From: Lama glama
Taxonomy: Eukaryota
Assembly (NCBI GenBank): GCA_028534125.1
Contig: CM052818.1
Coordinates: 37,574,001 to 37,638,000 of the forward strand
DNA length: 64,000 nt
Direction of reading: 5' to 3'
The notes under the pieces were generated by a model. It saw nothing but the letters and a program-made list of their open reading frames with translations, did no database searches and was not told where the DNA came from. Every line of letters starts with the position of its first letter. Position 1 is the first letter of the stretch. The translations under genes were made by a program, and so were the position numbers. This document shows positions 13,479-27,034 of this stretch, piece after piece.

Positions 13479-14729
13479 TATACATTAGCTCTTATCTGGT
13501 TAGAGTAGAAATTTAGAACATCCTGTTGAGATCTGGAGTTTTATCTGTTCTTATTGAAAAAAAATTTTACTAATATATAGAAAGTGTGAAATTTTATTTA
13601 TGGTAGGTCCTGGTCTAGTATAAGGCAGGCCATATTTATTTTAAAAGCTGTTGAGTCTGTAGAGAAGTAGTCTGAGGTGTGGAGACATAGTTTGAAACAT
13701 CATTTTCAATATGCTTGCTTTCTTAAAACAGGATGTAGAAAAGAAAGTTCTATGAAATTTGTTTGGCTGATAGGAACATGAAAAGAACTGAGAAAGCATT
13801 ATAAGGGGCATAGATTAAGAAAAGGATTAGGAGTTCTGATTTAATTGTTATAAGAAGAAGAGAGTTGTTTCTTGGAAATGGTACTCATTCCACCATCTTC
13901 TTGGAAAAGGCACATTGCTATTTAACATCTAAATAGATATAATGTAGATACAATCACAATAGCATATACATGTATTTTTTCCCATAAAACTATAGCCGCA
14001 AAAATAATGGAAACTAAAATCTAGATAAAAGGTGACATTGCCTATGTGTTTAAACCTTCAGAGGAGTTACTATTGGTAGACATAAAGATAGAAATGTCTA
14101 ATAGAGTTGACAAATTGAAACATTATCATTCAATTGGATTGAGACTTGCTGAAAATATTTAACAAATCATATTGCTCAGTTTTGTTTTAAGAATAGAATT
14201 GGTACAAAGGCTTTCAAATTTCCCTCCCCCAAAAAGCAGGCTTAAATACAAAGAAATGTTAATTGATTCATTGAACTTTTGAAGCAACTATTTAACATTT
14301 TCAATAAAACGAAGCCTACCTCTAATCCCAGGTGGCAGCTTTACTAAAGGCATACATTGTAATTATGCTTCTGTTTTCATTTCCTCCCAATAATGGAGCC
14401 TGGGAAAGCCTGCTTTCTGCATCTGGATTTCAAAGCATCATTCAGACAAAGCTTCATTAAACCCCACCAAACACTAAAGGTCACTGTGGCTTCATATGTT
14501 TATGTTGTAGCAACCAAATGTTGCAAAAACTTTGTCAGTAGCCAGCAGAATTTAGAAATATCACAAAATGGCAAGAGTAAGATGAGGTCATAGGTGATGA
14601 GTTCATTTGTTCAACAAATAGAAACACAGATGAACAGAATATAGTTCTTACCCTCAAGGAAATCATTCTGCATAGAAGACTGAAACTAAATTGACAATTA
14701 GAATGTTTCATGTAAATGCAAAGTTGGTT

Positions 14730-16740
14730 TCCATTAAATAGCTGGACTGAGCTGACCTAGGATGTCTTCTTTCCCATTTCCAGTACATTGAAATGCCACT
14801 TAAAATGTAACAACTGCAAATAAAATTATATAACTGAGCACAAGATCTAAACAAGGAAAAAAGTCTCCAAATAAAAAGGAAACTGAAAGTTGGAGCACTG
14901 AATGGAAACTGAAGTTTGGGGGTGGCTCATGAACTTTACTGACTGGAGCCTAGGGCTCTACTACCGTCTGTAAGAGGAAGAGATTGTGCTGGGGTTTGGA
15001 AATGAGACACTGCATAAAACCTGGATTCATAAAGCCTGATCCATTCGTAAAATGGAATCTGTGCAAACTTCACAATCCAGAAAAGCAGCACAAAAACTTG
15101 CAGCCTGTCTGAGGGTATGAACAGAAACGATGACTTGAAAAGAATCATGATGTCAGGGGTTTTCCCTTCTATGAAGTATGAATTCATATGCCATAGTTGA
15201 CACCTCCTGCTAGTCCAGGGAAAAGATCCTTTAAAAGCAAATATTTCTGAAAAGATATTCTTACAATCCAGAAAAAAATAAAGCTCTAACTGAAAACTGC
15301 CCCTGATGAGAATGAACTTATATTTTAAAAATTATGAATCTCATATGAAATAAAAGATTGAGAGTCAGCAAGCACACCAAATAGAAGAGAACTGGTGATA
15401 ATAAACTAATTTAGAAGAGAATTTGATATAAGTAGATTTAATAATGGTCAGATAGACAAAGAAAATAATAAATGCTATAAGAACTTTACAGTATGATATA
15501 AGAAGAGATACTATTGGAAAGGAAACACCTTGTCTAAAAAACAAAATACAAATTTATTAAAATAAAAAAATAATAAACCCTTTTTGGATGAGTTGATAAA
15601 TTGATTGGATATAGTTGAAGAGTGAATATATTAATTGGAAGACAGAAGGTAGGAAATCATGTGGGAAAACACAAACTGGTTAAGACACAGAAATTATGTT
15701 TTAAGAGATATAGAGAACAAAATAAAGTCCAGATGTCCAAAGTGAAAAGAGATAAAGTATAAGGGAGGGATATTGTACACTGAGAAATTTCCCACATTGA
15801 TGAAAGTCTGGATTTTCAAAGTGACTGAACTCTCTAAGTCTTAAACAAGGTAAATATAAACATCCACACTTGGTTGAATTACAGTGAAATCTTGTAACAT
15901 TAAAGACAAAAATAGTTATGTTTCCTGAAAGAAGAGATAGATTTTTTTTTATAAAGCAATACCAAATGGGCCTACAACAAATATTCCACCCACAATGTCA
16001 AACCAAGACAGAAGAAATATATCCCCATAGTACAAAGAAGAAATAACTGATCACTCAGAGTTTCAAAGCATAATATACTATGTAAGAATGAAGGTGAAAT
16101 AAGGATATTTTCTGGCAAAGACTGAGGAAATTTTCCTCTGGTAGATTTTCACTGTAAGAACTACTAAGGATACACTTCAGCAGGAAGGCTACTGACACCA
16201 AAAGAAAGATGAAAGAAATAGCAAATGTGGATCAATCTAAACAAGCATTGACTGTAAATCATAGAACTGACAAAGTTGGAAAGTACAGAAATTGGTAGAA
16301 CTGAAATGTTAAATATAATAGGGAAGGTAAGAGTTGGGGAAGATTTTTCTTAAGTAATTCTAATGTTCTGTTAAACAAAGGAGGTTGGAGAGGTGGGTTA
16401 ACTTTTCACTGTTTTGAGTATGTCACATATTTACGTGTCTTCTAAAACAAAAGATACATTAGGTACATCTTTCCAACAGGTAGAGGAAACACAAAACTAA
16501 CCACTTGGCCAATCTAATAAAGGACAGACAATAAAAACGTAATAAACAGTAAAAGTAAGACATAAAGTAAGATGATGTAGATAGCCCTGATATACTAATA
16601 ATCACTATAAAATATAATTATTAAACTCATCCATTTTATCAAGATCTAAGAGATTGGAAAAATAAAATAAATCCAGACATGTGCTATTCAAAAGAGCTAC
16701 ATATACAGTAAAACTAACTTTGATAGATTATTATGATGAA
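14730..16740 (+). mobile_element. Ancient L1 5'/ORF1 region and start of ORF2, highly decayed
   Basis: A-rich + strand with ORF1-like remnants (gattggatatagttgaagagtgaata..aattggaagacaga; aagaatgaaggtgaaataaggatattttc; aaagaactactaaggatacacttcag) and endonuclease-start-like aaataaaatccagacatgtgctattcaaaagag. Confidence 0.65.
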
Positions 16741-16859
16741 AATGAGAACATGTGCACTTTTAGACAAGTTCAAATATGTTTATTACATTCCTGTTTGAAA
16801 TTTTAAAATATTTGAAAACACAAAAATATATTTCAATAGTGGGAATTGGTAAATACTTA

Positions 16860-17490
16860 TAGATTTTTTTATTTTTAATTTGTATTTTCACATTATGTTT
16901 CTCTAAGCAATTATTTCTGGTACATATGAATATAATTATTTTTGGATATTTATTTTGTAATCATTTATATTCTTATATAAACAATCTAATCCATACATAT
17001 TTGTACATTAGTTTCTTTTTTCCAGCTGATAGAAAAAGTTAATTTTATCATATTGTGATGGCTAGACTTCCAGAGAAATACTAAAGCACATAATGAAAAC
17101 TGGTATAAAAGTTTTGCTTCTGAGCTCAGTGGAATTTCTTTAATATTTAACTATTAGATATGGCATTATTTGTTAGTATAATGTAAATAGTTTTTTATTA
17201 TTAAGGTAGCTTCTTCAATTCTTAGTTTGTATAGCTTTTATCAGAAAGATGCATAATTTTATTTAAATCCATCATACTAGCGATACGGTCAGATTTTTTT
17301 TCTTCTTTGCCTTACTGAAAAGTGTATTGTTAATAGTTTCTCATCATCAACCATTCTTGCATTTTTAGATTAAGCCCTAATTGGTTATAATGTGTATTGT
17401 TTTGTTATAGTGATTATTATGGTTGATATTTTATTTGGAATTATTGGATATATGGTTTTAACTGAGATTAGTGTGCAGTTTTCTTGAAAA
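16860..17490 (-). mobile_element. Ancient L1 ORF2 fragment
   Basis: T-rich, with caaccattcttgcatttttagattaagccctaattggttataatgtgtatt and ggctagacttccag, typical of antisense L1 ORF2. Confidence 0.65.
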
Positions 17491-19479
17491 TCGTAATTTA
17501 TCTTGAAAAAAATCCTCTATCGCCTCTAAGTTCAATTAAAGGAGGAGCCAGTCTGTTTTATTTCTAATTTGCTCAGTATTTAACATGGAAACTTAGCACA
17601 GTGTGGGCACTATGGATGCAGAAAATCAATAAGTATTTGTTGCATAAATATGGCAGTCTGACTCTTAGCAGCAGCATTTTGCCTAAACTAAATTTTTGCC
17701 TTTAATTTGTTACTCAGCCTTTCCTTTTCTAAATTCCTTCAGTAGGCAGGTTATTGTCAAAAATCTCTTATCCTAAAGAAAAACACACTAAATTCTTTAT
17801 GACCTGTGGTTAGAAAACCTCACGAAAGGAAGATTCCCCTTTTATTGATTTTTTAAAAAAAATAACAGTTATGGAGAAGTTAATCTGTAAAATTATTTCC
17901 AGTTATGCTTATTTTCTTTTGGAGACGCAAGGAATGAAATCTCTCATGTTTTAAGGAGTAAAATTTAATTCTGAGATATTCTCTTTTTTCTAAGAAGCCC
18001 TTACATATAGTAACTGTCTTAAGTCTCTGCAAATGGCAATAACCTCTAAGCCACTATTACACCGGATCATAGGGAATAAAAAGAAATAAATTGTTCGCTA
18101 TTTGTGGGAAATTTAATTCCATGGCTCACTTGACCTGTTTGACTGGCGTTTTAGGGGGCAGGGAGGGTACTCTTAGACAGTCCGGTGAAATGCATTTCCA
18201 GGTCATACTCTGAATTTATGAGAAAATGTTGGTCTGAACTATCCGTGGGGAGCTCCTGGAAAATGTTTAGCAGGACCTTAGCTTGTGATGACTCTCGGGT
18301 AACCAAGGCAGGCCCTGGCTCAGCTCTCCTCTTGTATGCGTGTGGCGTCGTCCCTTTCCTCTCCCTGCCCCTCCTCATCGGAGCACCAGCACTTTCTCTG
18401 AGTAGTGCAAACGTTTCTGCCCTTCAGTGAAATTTTTGCAACCAAAAATTAGAAGTTACTGAAACTCCCTAAAACTTAGCTTCTCCAATTATAAACTGGG
18501 AGTGAAGACACTTAATTCAGAAGATTGATGAAGGAGTGTTCCATCTCATGGAGAAGTCCCTATGGCTCCTAGACCTTAGAGTAGGTTCTAAAACAAGGTA
18601 ACACTTGCTAGTTTGCTCCAATGTCTCATGGTTGTATTGTGCCTTAGACATTGTCTTCCTTTTGTTCTTCAGTTGTTTTGTAATAAATCATACAAAAAAT
18701 ATATACACTTGTGTTGAGAAATGCAGTCTCTTGCATGCAGTCTTTTGGGCCCTACTGAGCTGCATAAGAACAAGCCTGGGGCCTGACGCTCTCTCCTACT
18801 AAGACATTAGGACCCCTCACAGCTGGCACTGGGCTGATCACCTTGTGTAGCAATATCTTTCCCTGTTTCAGACTCAATATCCACTCCTTTGTTCAGCTAA
18901 AGTGTGTGTGTCATAGAGCACCTGGCCAACCTTGCTACTACCTCTGTCTCTTGCAGAGAGAGGATGGAATCCTTCATTCTGGGACACAAGAGATGTTTGG
19001 AGGCCAATGGCCCCATTTCAGCTGCCGGGAGGGACCTGCTGGCCATGGAGGACTGACACCCACTACTGAAGCTGATCTTGCCATGTAAGTAAAGTGTTGT
19101 TCCCTTCAGTGCTTGGCTGAGCTGTGTTTTCCTTGATGACTCCAAAACCAAGATGCAGTGGACGTCTGGTGGAAGAACATTCCAGGCAGAGGGGTAGTTC
19201 GGAGGCAAGGGGAACTGGACCAGCATGAGGGAGAGGCAGAGTGGTAGAGAGAAAAAGTAGTCTAGAAAAGTAATCAGGATACTATAACATTTAGGGGCTT
19301 ACAGAATATAAGTATGATTTCATTATTTTATTCTAGGTGTGGTGAGAAGCCATTAGAGGGTTATGAGCAGGAAATCTAAATCTATGGCCGGATTTGCATT
19401 TTAAAAGGATGCTCTGCTACCATGTGGGAAAAAGAGTATAGGAAATAGTGGTATAGGAGCGGATACATAAAGATGGGCC

Positions 19480-20760
19480 TTAGTTTTTTTCATAGAGATG
19501 ACCAGTTCTTTCAAACACATATTAAATTATTTATCTTTTTCTCAAAAGTTAAGGAAGTGAAATTTTATTCGGTCTGAACTTGATTTTTTTGATTCTCCAT
19601 TTCATTTTGTATATAGGGCTATTCTATTTACCATACAGTTTGAATTGGGTCAAGTTTCACCTCATTATTCTTGGCTTTAAACTTCTTTACTATTGTGCAT
19701 TTTTCCTTCTTTATCAATGGTAGAATCAGCATGAAAAAAATATTTTAAAAATGTATCAGTATGTATTAATGAATGTGAAAGAAATTGACAAATCTTCAAT
19801 TTGGGATCTTTCTCCCAGGGAATCTTAATTTAGGTCTTTATAAATGTCTATGTCACTTTTGACAGAGATCTAGAAGTAAATGGGATTTTGTAGCATTTGT
19901 AGATGGGTTTTTAAAATTACACTTCTAGAATTATTACCAGTTTAACTGTGCGAATGTTTAATGTTAATTTCATATTCAGATACTTAATTCAATTGTTGCA
20001 TTAGTTTTAATAGTTTGTTGGTTGATTCTTTAGAATTTTTATGTAATATTTATGTTGTCTTTGATTAGTGAACATTTTGAATATTCTTTTTTAACATTTC
20101 CCCTCCCATTTATTTTCTTAATGTTAATGTATTTGCAAGGACCATCAATAATACATTTAAAAGAAAATTGACCCTGAACATCTTACCTTCATCACTAATG
20201 AAGTGGAAATCATGTTTTATAATTAAATGCACCTTAAGCTATAATTTAGGGAATACTTACTAATTTTCTTATTTAATCTTTATAACAAACTAATGACACT
20301 GTACCCTTAGCATACCCACTTTTTATATGAGGAAAACAGAGGTCCAGAGTAAATGAGTAACTTGCCTATAGCACATAATTAATAGATAATGGAGTCCAGA
20401 ATTTAGGCGTTCTAACTTCGGAGTGTATGCAACTGGTGGAAGATCTTTTCAGGTAAGAAAGTTTTCTTTTCTTAGTATATAGACAGTTTTATCAAGTAGG
20501 AATGTTGAGTTTCTTTCAGCACTCTGCCAAGATAATCATATAGTTATTCACCTTTAATCTTTTAATATACTGAATTACATTAGTAGATTTCCTGATGTTA
20601 ATCCATTCATACATTATATTCCTGAGATACACCCTTGCTGGTAATGACACACTGGTGTATTTGATTTGGTAATATTCTATCTATCCCATTTCATCTAGAT
20701 TTATAAGTGAAATTGACATTTTCATTCCATTGTACTAGCCAAGATGAATATTCAGATTAG
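19480..20760 (-). mobile_element. Ancient L1 ORF2 fragments with a nested MIR (~20255-20430, minus)
   Basis: T-rich L1 remnants (gataatcatatagttattcacctttaatc..tgaattacattagtagatttcctgatgtta). MIR core ttttatatgaggaaaacagaggtccagag..agtaacttgcc. Confidence 0.6.
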
Positions 20761-21344
20761 GATTACAAGCAGTTAAAGTGATGTAGAAAGACTTCCATAT
20801 TTTCTAACAATAAAATAATAACATAAATCATCAAAAACACGGCTGAAATTCTGAGAATATGCTAACGCTCTGCATATAAACCTCACTGAAATCTTGCAAT
20901 AAGCCCTGGAGAACAACAAAATAATTATCCACTTATTAAGAGATAACAACAGCTAGGATGTTAAGTAACTTGGGAAGGGTCATGCAATAAGAAAATGGCA
21001 CAATCATGATTAGAACTGTTGAGTTTTTATGTCTGCAGTGTCTCTATTTCCACTTCATGCTTTCAAATGGTGGTTTAGCTGATTAAAAAATTTAAATTTG
21101 ACAGTTTTTCCCTTAGCACTTTGACAATATTATTCCTTTAGCTGCTAGAATTAGCTGTGTTGTTAAGTCAGACCTGTGTCAATCTGTTGGCCTTTGAAAC
21201 ACTATTTTCCCTCTCTTGAAACTACTAAATGTTCCAGCTAATCAGTGACTTTTTTTTTTAAACAGTTTGTACAATAGGCCCATGTGTGTGGACTGGGGTG
21301 GGAACTTGGGCATTTCAATCAGAGGATTTTGTATTTAGTTATCT

Positions 21345-22210
21345 CACTTATTCACTTCACAAATATTTATTGGACACTTTCTACATTCCTGATACTGTTC
21401 CAGCTGTGGGGTATAAATTAGTTGAGAGAGAACCCTGCCCTCATGGGGTTATAGTCTAGCCTGGGGAATTGGACAAAGGATAAAATAAATAAGCAAATTA
21501 TATAGCATGTTATACAGGAATAGCTCTGTGGGGACAAATAAAGCAGGAAGGGTGATGTGGAAATTTGGGTTTTGGAGTGAAAATTTTAATGCACATGAAA
21601 GGAGTCTTCACTGGGAAGAGACTATTTGAGAGAGTGAGTAGTATGTATTTATAGGGAAGAGGATTCCGTGCAGAGAGAACAGCAAATGCAAAAGCTGGGT
21701 TGTAGGTTGTGCCTGGAACGTCTGAATGACAGCAAGGAAGCCATGGTTGTGGAGAAGTGATCAAGTGGGACAAAGTAAGGAATGTAATCAGAGAGGCACC
21801 ATGAGTCTAATGGTGTAGAACCTTGGAGGCCATTGAAAGAGCTCTAGATTTTAGTCTGTGTGAGATGTTCATCCACTGGGGCTTTTAGCAGAACTTCTTG
21901 ATTGGATTTATGTTTTCACAGAATCATCCTGACTATTTTACGCCATTGTAAATAAGCTATAAAAGGGCAAGAGCAGAACCAGTGACACCAATTATAAAGC
22001 CACTGGATTATTTTAAATGATGATAACAACATAGAGCAGGTGGTCACATTGGAGGTTATTAGAAGTTATTAGAAGATTGTGTACATATTTTGAAGGGAGA
22101 GCCAAGTGAACTTGCAAATGGTTTAAATGTGGATTAAAAGAGAAGAGGGAAAATCAAGGAGAATTTTGCTCTCACCCACTGGAATGATTGAGATGTCATA
22201 AAAGGTCGAG
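21345..22210 (-). mobile_element. LINE-2 3' portion
   Basis: Begins with the antisense L2 terminus ttcacttcacaaatatttattggacac, then ccctgccctcatggggttatagtctag and attccgtgcagagagaacagcaaatgcaaa. Confidence 0.85.
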
Positions 22211-22214
22211 AAAA

Positions 22215-22757
22215 GACCTTGAATGAGGCTGAACTAGAGGTGTATGCAGGTTTCCTGGCAGGAGGAGCCAGTGCCTGCCCACTGCTGGGTGAAGCTTGGT
22301 CCTGGACCTCTGGTGGGTAGGGCTGTGTCTAGAGGCCATTGTGGCTCAGGTCTGCTGATGGGTGGCGCTGTGTTCCCACCCTGTATGTTGTTTGGCCTGA
22401 GGCTTCCCTACAGGCTGTTGCTTGGAGCTAGGTCTTGGTGCTAATGATCCAATCAAGATGTCAGCCTCCAGGAAAGCTCATGTAGATTAACGCTCCCGGA
22501 ATGTCCGCCACCAGCTTTTACGTCCCAAGAGTGAGCCACAGCCGTCCCCCATGTCCCCAGGAGAACCTCCAAATCCGGCAGGCAGGCCTGGCCCAGGATC
22601 CTATGAAACCACTGTCTCTGCCCTTGGACCTGGTGCACGTGAGTTTCCATGTAAGCTTCTCAAGTGAATGGAGTCTCCGTTTCCCCCAGTCCCATGAGGC
22701 CCCCAGAGCCAAGCCCCGCTGGCCTTCAAAACCAGATGTCCTGGGGTCTCCTTCTCT
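22215..22757 (-). mobile_element. Isolated internal fragment of a cetartiodactyl L1 5'UTR inserted in an L2
   Basis: GC-rich block gaggctgaactagaggtgtatgcaggtttcctggcaggagg..gtgcctgcccactgctgggtgaagcttggtc..ctctggtgggtagggctgtgtc resembles the antisense artiodactyl L1 5'UTR as recalled. L2 sequence resumes right after it. Confidence 0.7.
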
Positions 22758-22759
22758 TA

Positions 22760-23820
22760 AGAGGCAGGTTTGAGGGAAAATAACAAAAGTTCAGTTTTTG
22801 ATGCATTAAACTTGAAACAGTTATTCAACCACCACGTAGAGTAGGCAGTTGGAAACGGGGTCTGCCGTTCAAGAGATAAGTCTGAGCTGTAGATAGGATC
22901 CTGAGACTGTCAGGTTACAGGGTCTTTAAAGCCAAACAATTGATGAGATCTCCAACAGAGAAACTGCGTGTAAACATGAAAGGGAGGAGAAAGAAGGATA
23001 AACAACAACAAAAACAAGGAGTGAGCCCTGTGGCACGCCAACAGAGTTAAAGAGTTAAAGAGATTATCAGTCTCCTTCAGCAAAGGAGACTGAAAAGGGT
23101 GAGGCAGTAATTTAGGAGGAAAATCAGGAGAGTTTGGTATCTGGGAAATGAATTGAAAACATTTCAGAAGAAGAATTCAAATGCTGCTCATAAGTCAAAA
23201 CTTACAGGAGAGTTATGGGAAGGAGGTCTCGGTGGAACTGATTTAAGAGAGAAGGAAAGGACAGAATGGAGAGACAGTGAAATAGATGTATAGACAACTG
23301 TTTCAAGGATTCTTGTCCTAAAGGGGAGGAGAAATACACACTGGTAGCTAGAGGTGACGGTAAAGACAGCAGTGGGTATATATATATTTTTCCATAGGAG
23401 AAGTGAAAAGAGCAATTTCATATGTTGATGGGGATCAGCCAGTAGAGAAGGGGAAGCTAGTGATACAAAGAAGGTAGGAGAAAATTGCTGATGTGATGCC
23501 CTTGGTTACCACTCAAGGGGCTGAAAGCTAGTACACAAGAGAAAGGCCTGCATCTTAGCTAGAAGCATGGACAGTTCATCTACAGGGGGAGGAAAGAAGG
23601 CAGCTTCCGTGGCTGCAGACACTGGGAAGTGCACATGCGGCAACTTGTGCAAGTTCTCTTCTCATTAAATCAGGTTTTCAATGATGTAGGAAAATAAGGA
23701 CATGGAATAAAATTAAGGATAATGGAGGAGGTATTGCAAGTTTGACAAAAAAGGAAAATGACTAAAATAGCCATTTAGGAGATTGGGTGAGTTAATGGTC
23801 TAGACAAATGTATTATGATT
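22760..23820 (-). mobile_element. LINE-2 continuation
   Basis: gaggcaggtttgaggg..gttcagtttttgatgcattaaacttgaa; cagcaaaggagactgaaaagg; tagacaactgtttcaagga. Confidence 0.8.
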
Positions 23821-23986
23821 ACTATTCATATATAAAGAGCTCTTACAGATGAAAAAAGAAATCGATGAACGTGCCAATAAAAAATACGAGAAAGAATCCA
23901 TATCTACAAGCCACATACACATACCTGCAAACATATATGGCCAATAATCAGAAGAAGTAATTGTTTACCTCAATCCTATTGTGAAA

Positions 23987-24076
23987 GGGAAAAACTCACA
24001 CATTGGTTTGTCTATAATATTTATGAACATTGGGAAAAACTCACACATTGGTTTGTCTATAATATTTATGAACATT
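23987..24076. repeat. Perfect 2 x 45-bp tandem duplication
   Basis: GGGAAAAACTCACACATTGGTTTGTCTATAATATTTATGAACATT occurs identically at 23987-24031 and 24032-24076. Confidence 0.97.
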
Positions 24077-27034
24077 GGAAAAAATAAATGTTGGGAAAAG
24101 GAAACTAGATAACTAAGTTACTGGGAAAGGCAATCAAATTATATTCATCCAGTAAAATATCATTAATTGTAGATGATATTTAATTAAAAAGTTTATGAGT
24201 CACATAAGTGAATTCATGATGCTAATTATAGTAGTTCCTTCTTTTTAAAATGTAATGCCTGTGTTTATACAATGAAAAATGAAATTCTCTGTCCATGATT
24301 TTAGCATTGGTTTGAGTCCATTCATTAATTTTAACACTGAAGAAGTTTTTCTTGATCCTTTGTTTGGTTTTGTTCATTTCTCTGGATTTGGGCCAAGGAG
24401 TGGTGATAGTTTGTAAATGGGTGATTCCAGTGCCATATTTCTGGAAAGTTCAACTCACTGATTGTTTCTGATAGATCTGGGGCCTGGTCTGATTTTCATT
24501 TCAGAATGATTACTCGAGTATCACAAGTGAGCTGGTTTGGGCAGAGATCAATTGGACACATAGAGACCAACTGGAGCCCTCTTCCAGGGCCCATGAGAGA
24601 AGCAGTGGGGATTAGGGATGTGAGCAGAGGGAACAGACAACAGGGAGCAGAGTGGGGAGGTTCCAGATGTGGTGTATGAAGGGAAAGCCCCTGATAGTCA
24701 CACAGAAAACCACATACCAAGAAGAATATTCAGAGAAACCTACAAAGGCAGGCATAAGCATGAAGTAGAACCAGTTCCTTCCCGATGAAAAAAGCTAATC
24801 TCCACTTGTATGGCAGATTTACTATTATAATTTAAAATTATAGGATTATTTTTGCCCTCAGTTACTCCGCCTGTGTTTAATTATACACCACTGTAATGAT
24901 AGGGAAAAAAGCAGCTATTTTGAGGACACTGTACCTTGTCAGGCTCCGTGTCCCCTCTCCGTGTGATGCTGAAGTTAAGGAGAGGAATGCGAAACAGAAG
25001 AGGCGCAGGTGGCTGTGTTTATGGGCTTCAGGGAGATATGATTACCTCACTCCACTGATTGCTACCTGAAGGAAGTCAGATTACAATTAAGACTGTCAGG
25101 TAAAGCACACAATTAAAGTTCATCGCAGATGCTGTCGACAAACTGGGATTAGCTGGGAAATGCACTCTGGCAAACAGATGTACCCTGGAAAATAGAAAGG
25201 GAATGTTTCCTTCTAGAACAAATCTACTTTATCAAATCTGACAACTTTTACTTGAGCTCTGAGTCCTGAGCTAGAAAGAGCTTCTCATTTGATTTAAGCA
25301 ATTGGCACATAACACGCAGGTTGGAAATGAGTTGACTCATTAACTTCTTTTGCTTAGTAGAAAAGGTAGAGGTTGAGAGGAAACAAACATGCTTACCTCA
25401 CTACATTTCGCTCTTTGCCGTCCAGAGTTGTTTAAGAGCTTGAAATATTGCATTATACTCTGTTTATTAAGGGGTGAGATTGTGGTTCTAGAATTGGAAG
25501 GTTCTTATCCAAAAAAAAAAACCATATCTGTTTTTAAAATTGGCTTTTAGTCAATCAGATGTTGTGGCTCTACCCGCCCCATGTGTTATCCATCTCTTTA
25601 AGTATCTACTTGCATTTATATGACACTAATAAGAAAGAGTTCCCATAGACCAACAGTGATTCTGCTATTTGACTTCGGTCCACAGGTAACTGTATATATC
25701 ATTTCCTCTTAATAAAGTGGAGTATTCCCTCAGCTCACACACATCACAGACGTCACTGCTAATGGGAGCTATGCCTGGAGACGGTGTAGCAACTAGAGCT
25801 CCTACTGCCAAGCCTCCACTCTGTGCTCCTGCACTCATGGTATTTTTCATGTGATCGGTCATGGAAGCAGTTGGAACGGCTGCCGCAGGAAAATTCCAGC
25901 CTAGGGCAGAAGGGCTGGCTTTTCTCCATCATACTGGGAACGCGTAGGGTAGACTAGACTTCTTTCTATAAGAGAAGCTGCTTTCTGACCACCACCAGAA
26001 AACTCAGGGCAATATTCAGATTTAAAAACAAAATATAGCAAGTAAAGAAACACATAGGATTCTGCTTTGGGATGAAGAAGAGTTTTATGCCACAGCCGAT
26101 GTCATCTCTGATTCCTCATGGCGCATCGCTCCCTTGGGAAAATTAACCCCTTCGAATACATGTCAATTACTTCATTGATTGAATAGCATGAGGATTAGAT
26201 GAGGTAATGCATATACAGCATGTGGTAAGTCCTCAAAGAAGAGTCGTTTTCTCTCTCCTTCCCTCAGAATCTTTAGTGTCCAAAGTGCACAGCCATTGGT
26301 CCCATGCTGTGTAGGCAACACAAACTCACTCCTTCTGGAATCCTCTTCACTACCCACATACGCTGCAGTGTCCATGGGACAGCCAACAGACTGCCTAAGA
26401 CGTGGCCAGCAACTCTACTGACCATCAGTGGTGCTGATACAGTGCGTTCTGTAGAATCAGAAGCTGCACTGCTTTGCTACTACGTTCCTTCTGGTGCATG
26501 TTTTTAATTGAAGTATCAATTACATACAGTAACGTGTGAAAAAAGTATAAAGTTTAAGTGAACAGCTTGATATATTTGTATTTAAATGTGCATTCCAGTA
26601 GCCACCTTCACCTCATTTTAACAAATGTTGCAATTATGTCTACTACTTTCAGTAAAATCTCCAAGGGCATTTCAACTTTCACTTTCACTTCCTTCAGTAT
26701 ATAAAGACAGGACATTCCAACCTTCTCTCTTTTGAGGCACTTTGGAGTTACTTTCGTCTGTTTTAACCAGGATATCCCAGGCTTTTAGACTTCTGTTGTA
26801 GAAGTGTAGCAATGGAGATGCCACGAACTCTCCCTGAACGCCGAGCATTTGTATGACAGTGGTAAAGATACTGTGAAACACGCAGGAACGTGAGAGATGG
26901 CCCCTGGTTGTACTGTATTCACGGTAGTAAAGGAGAGGGAAGAGGAAGTGAAACCAGCATTCACTAAGTGCCTACTCTGGGCCAGGGGGTTGTGCCAGGT
27001 GATTTGTAGAGGGGTAGCCTTTAATCTTCCCGGC

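Noticed and set aside
18150..18430. Possible CpG-island promoter
   Set aside because: Only mildly GC-rich with scattered CpGs over under 300 bp; I see no real CpG island anywhere in the window.
23987..24076. CRISPR-like repeat
   Set aside because: Two adjacent copies with no spacer, in mammalian DNA.
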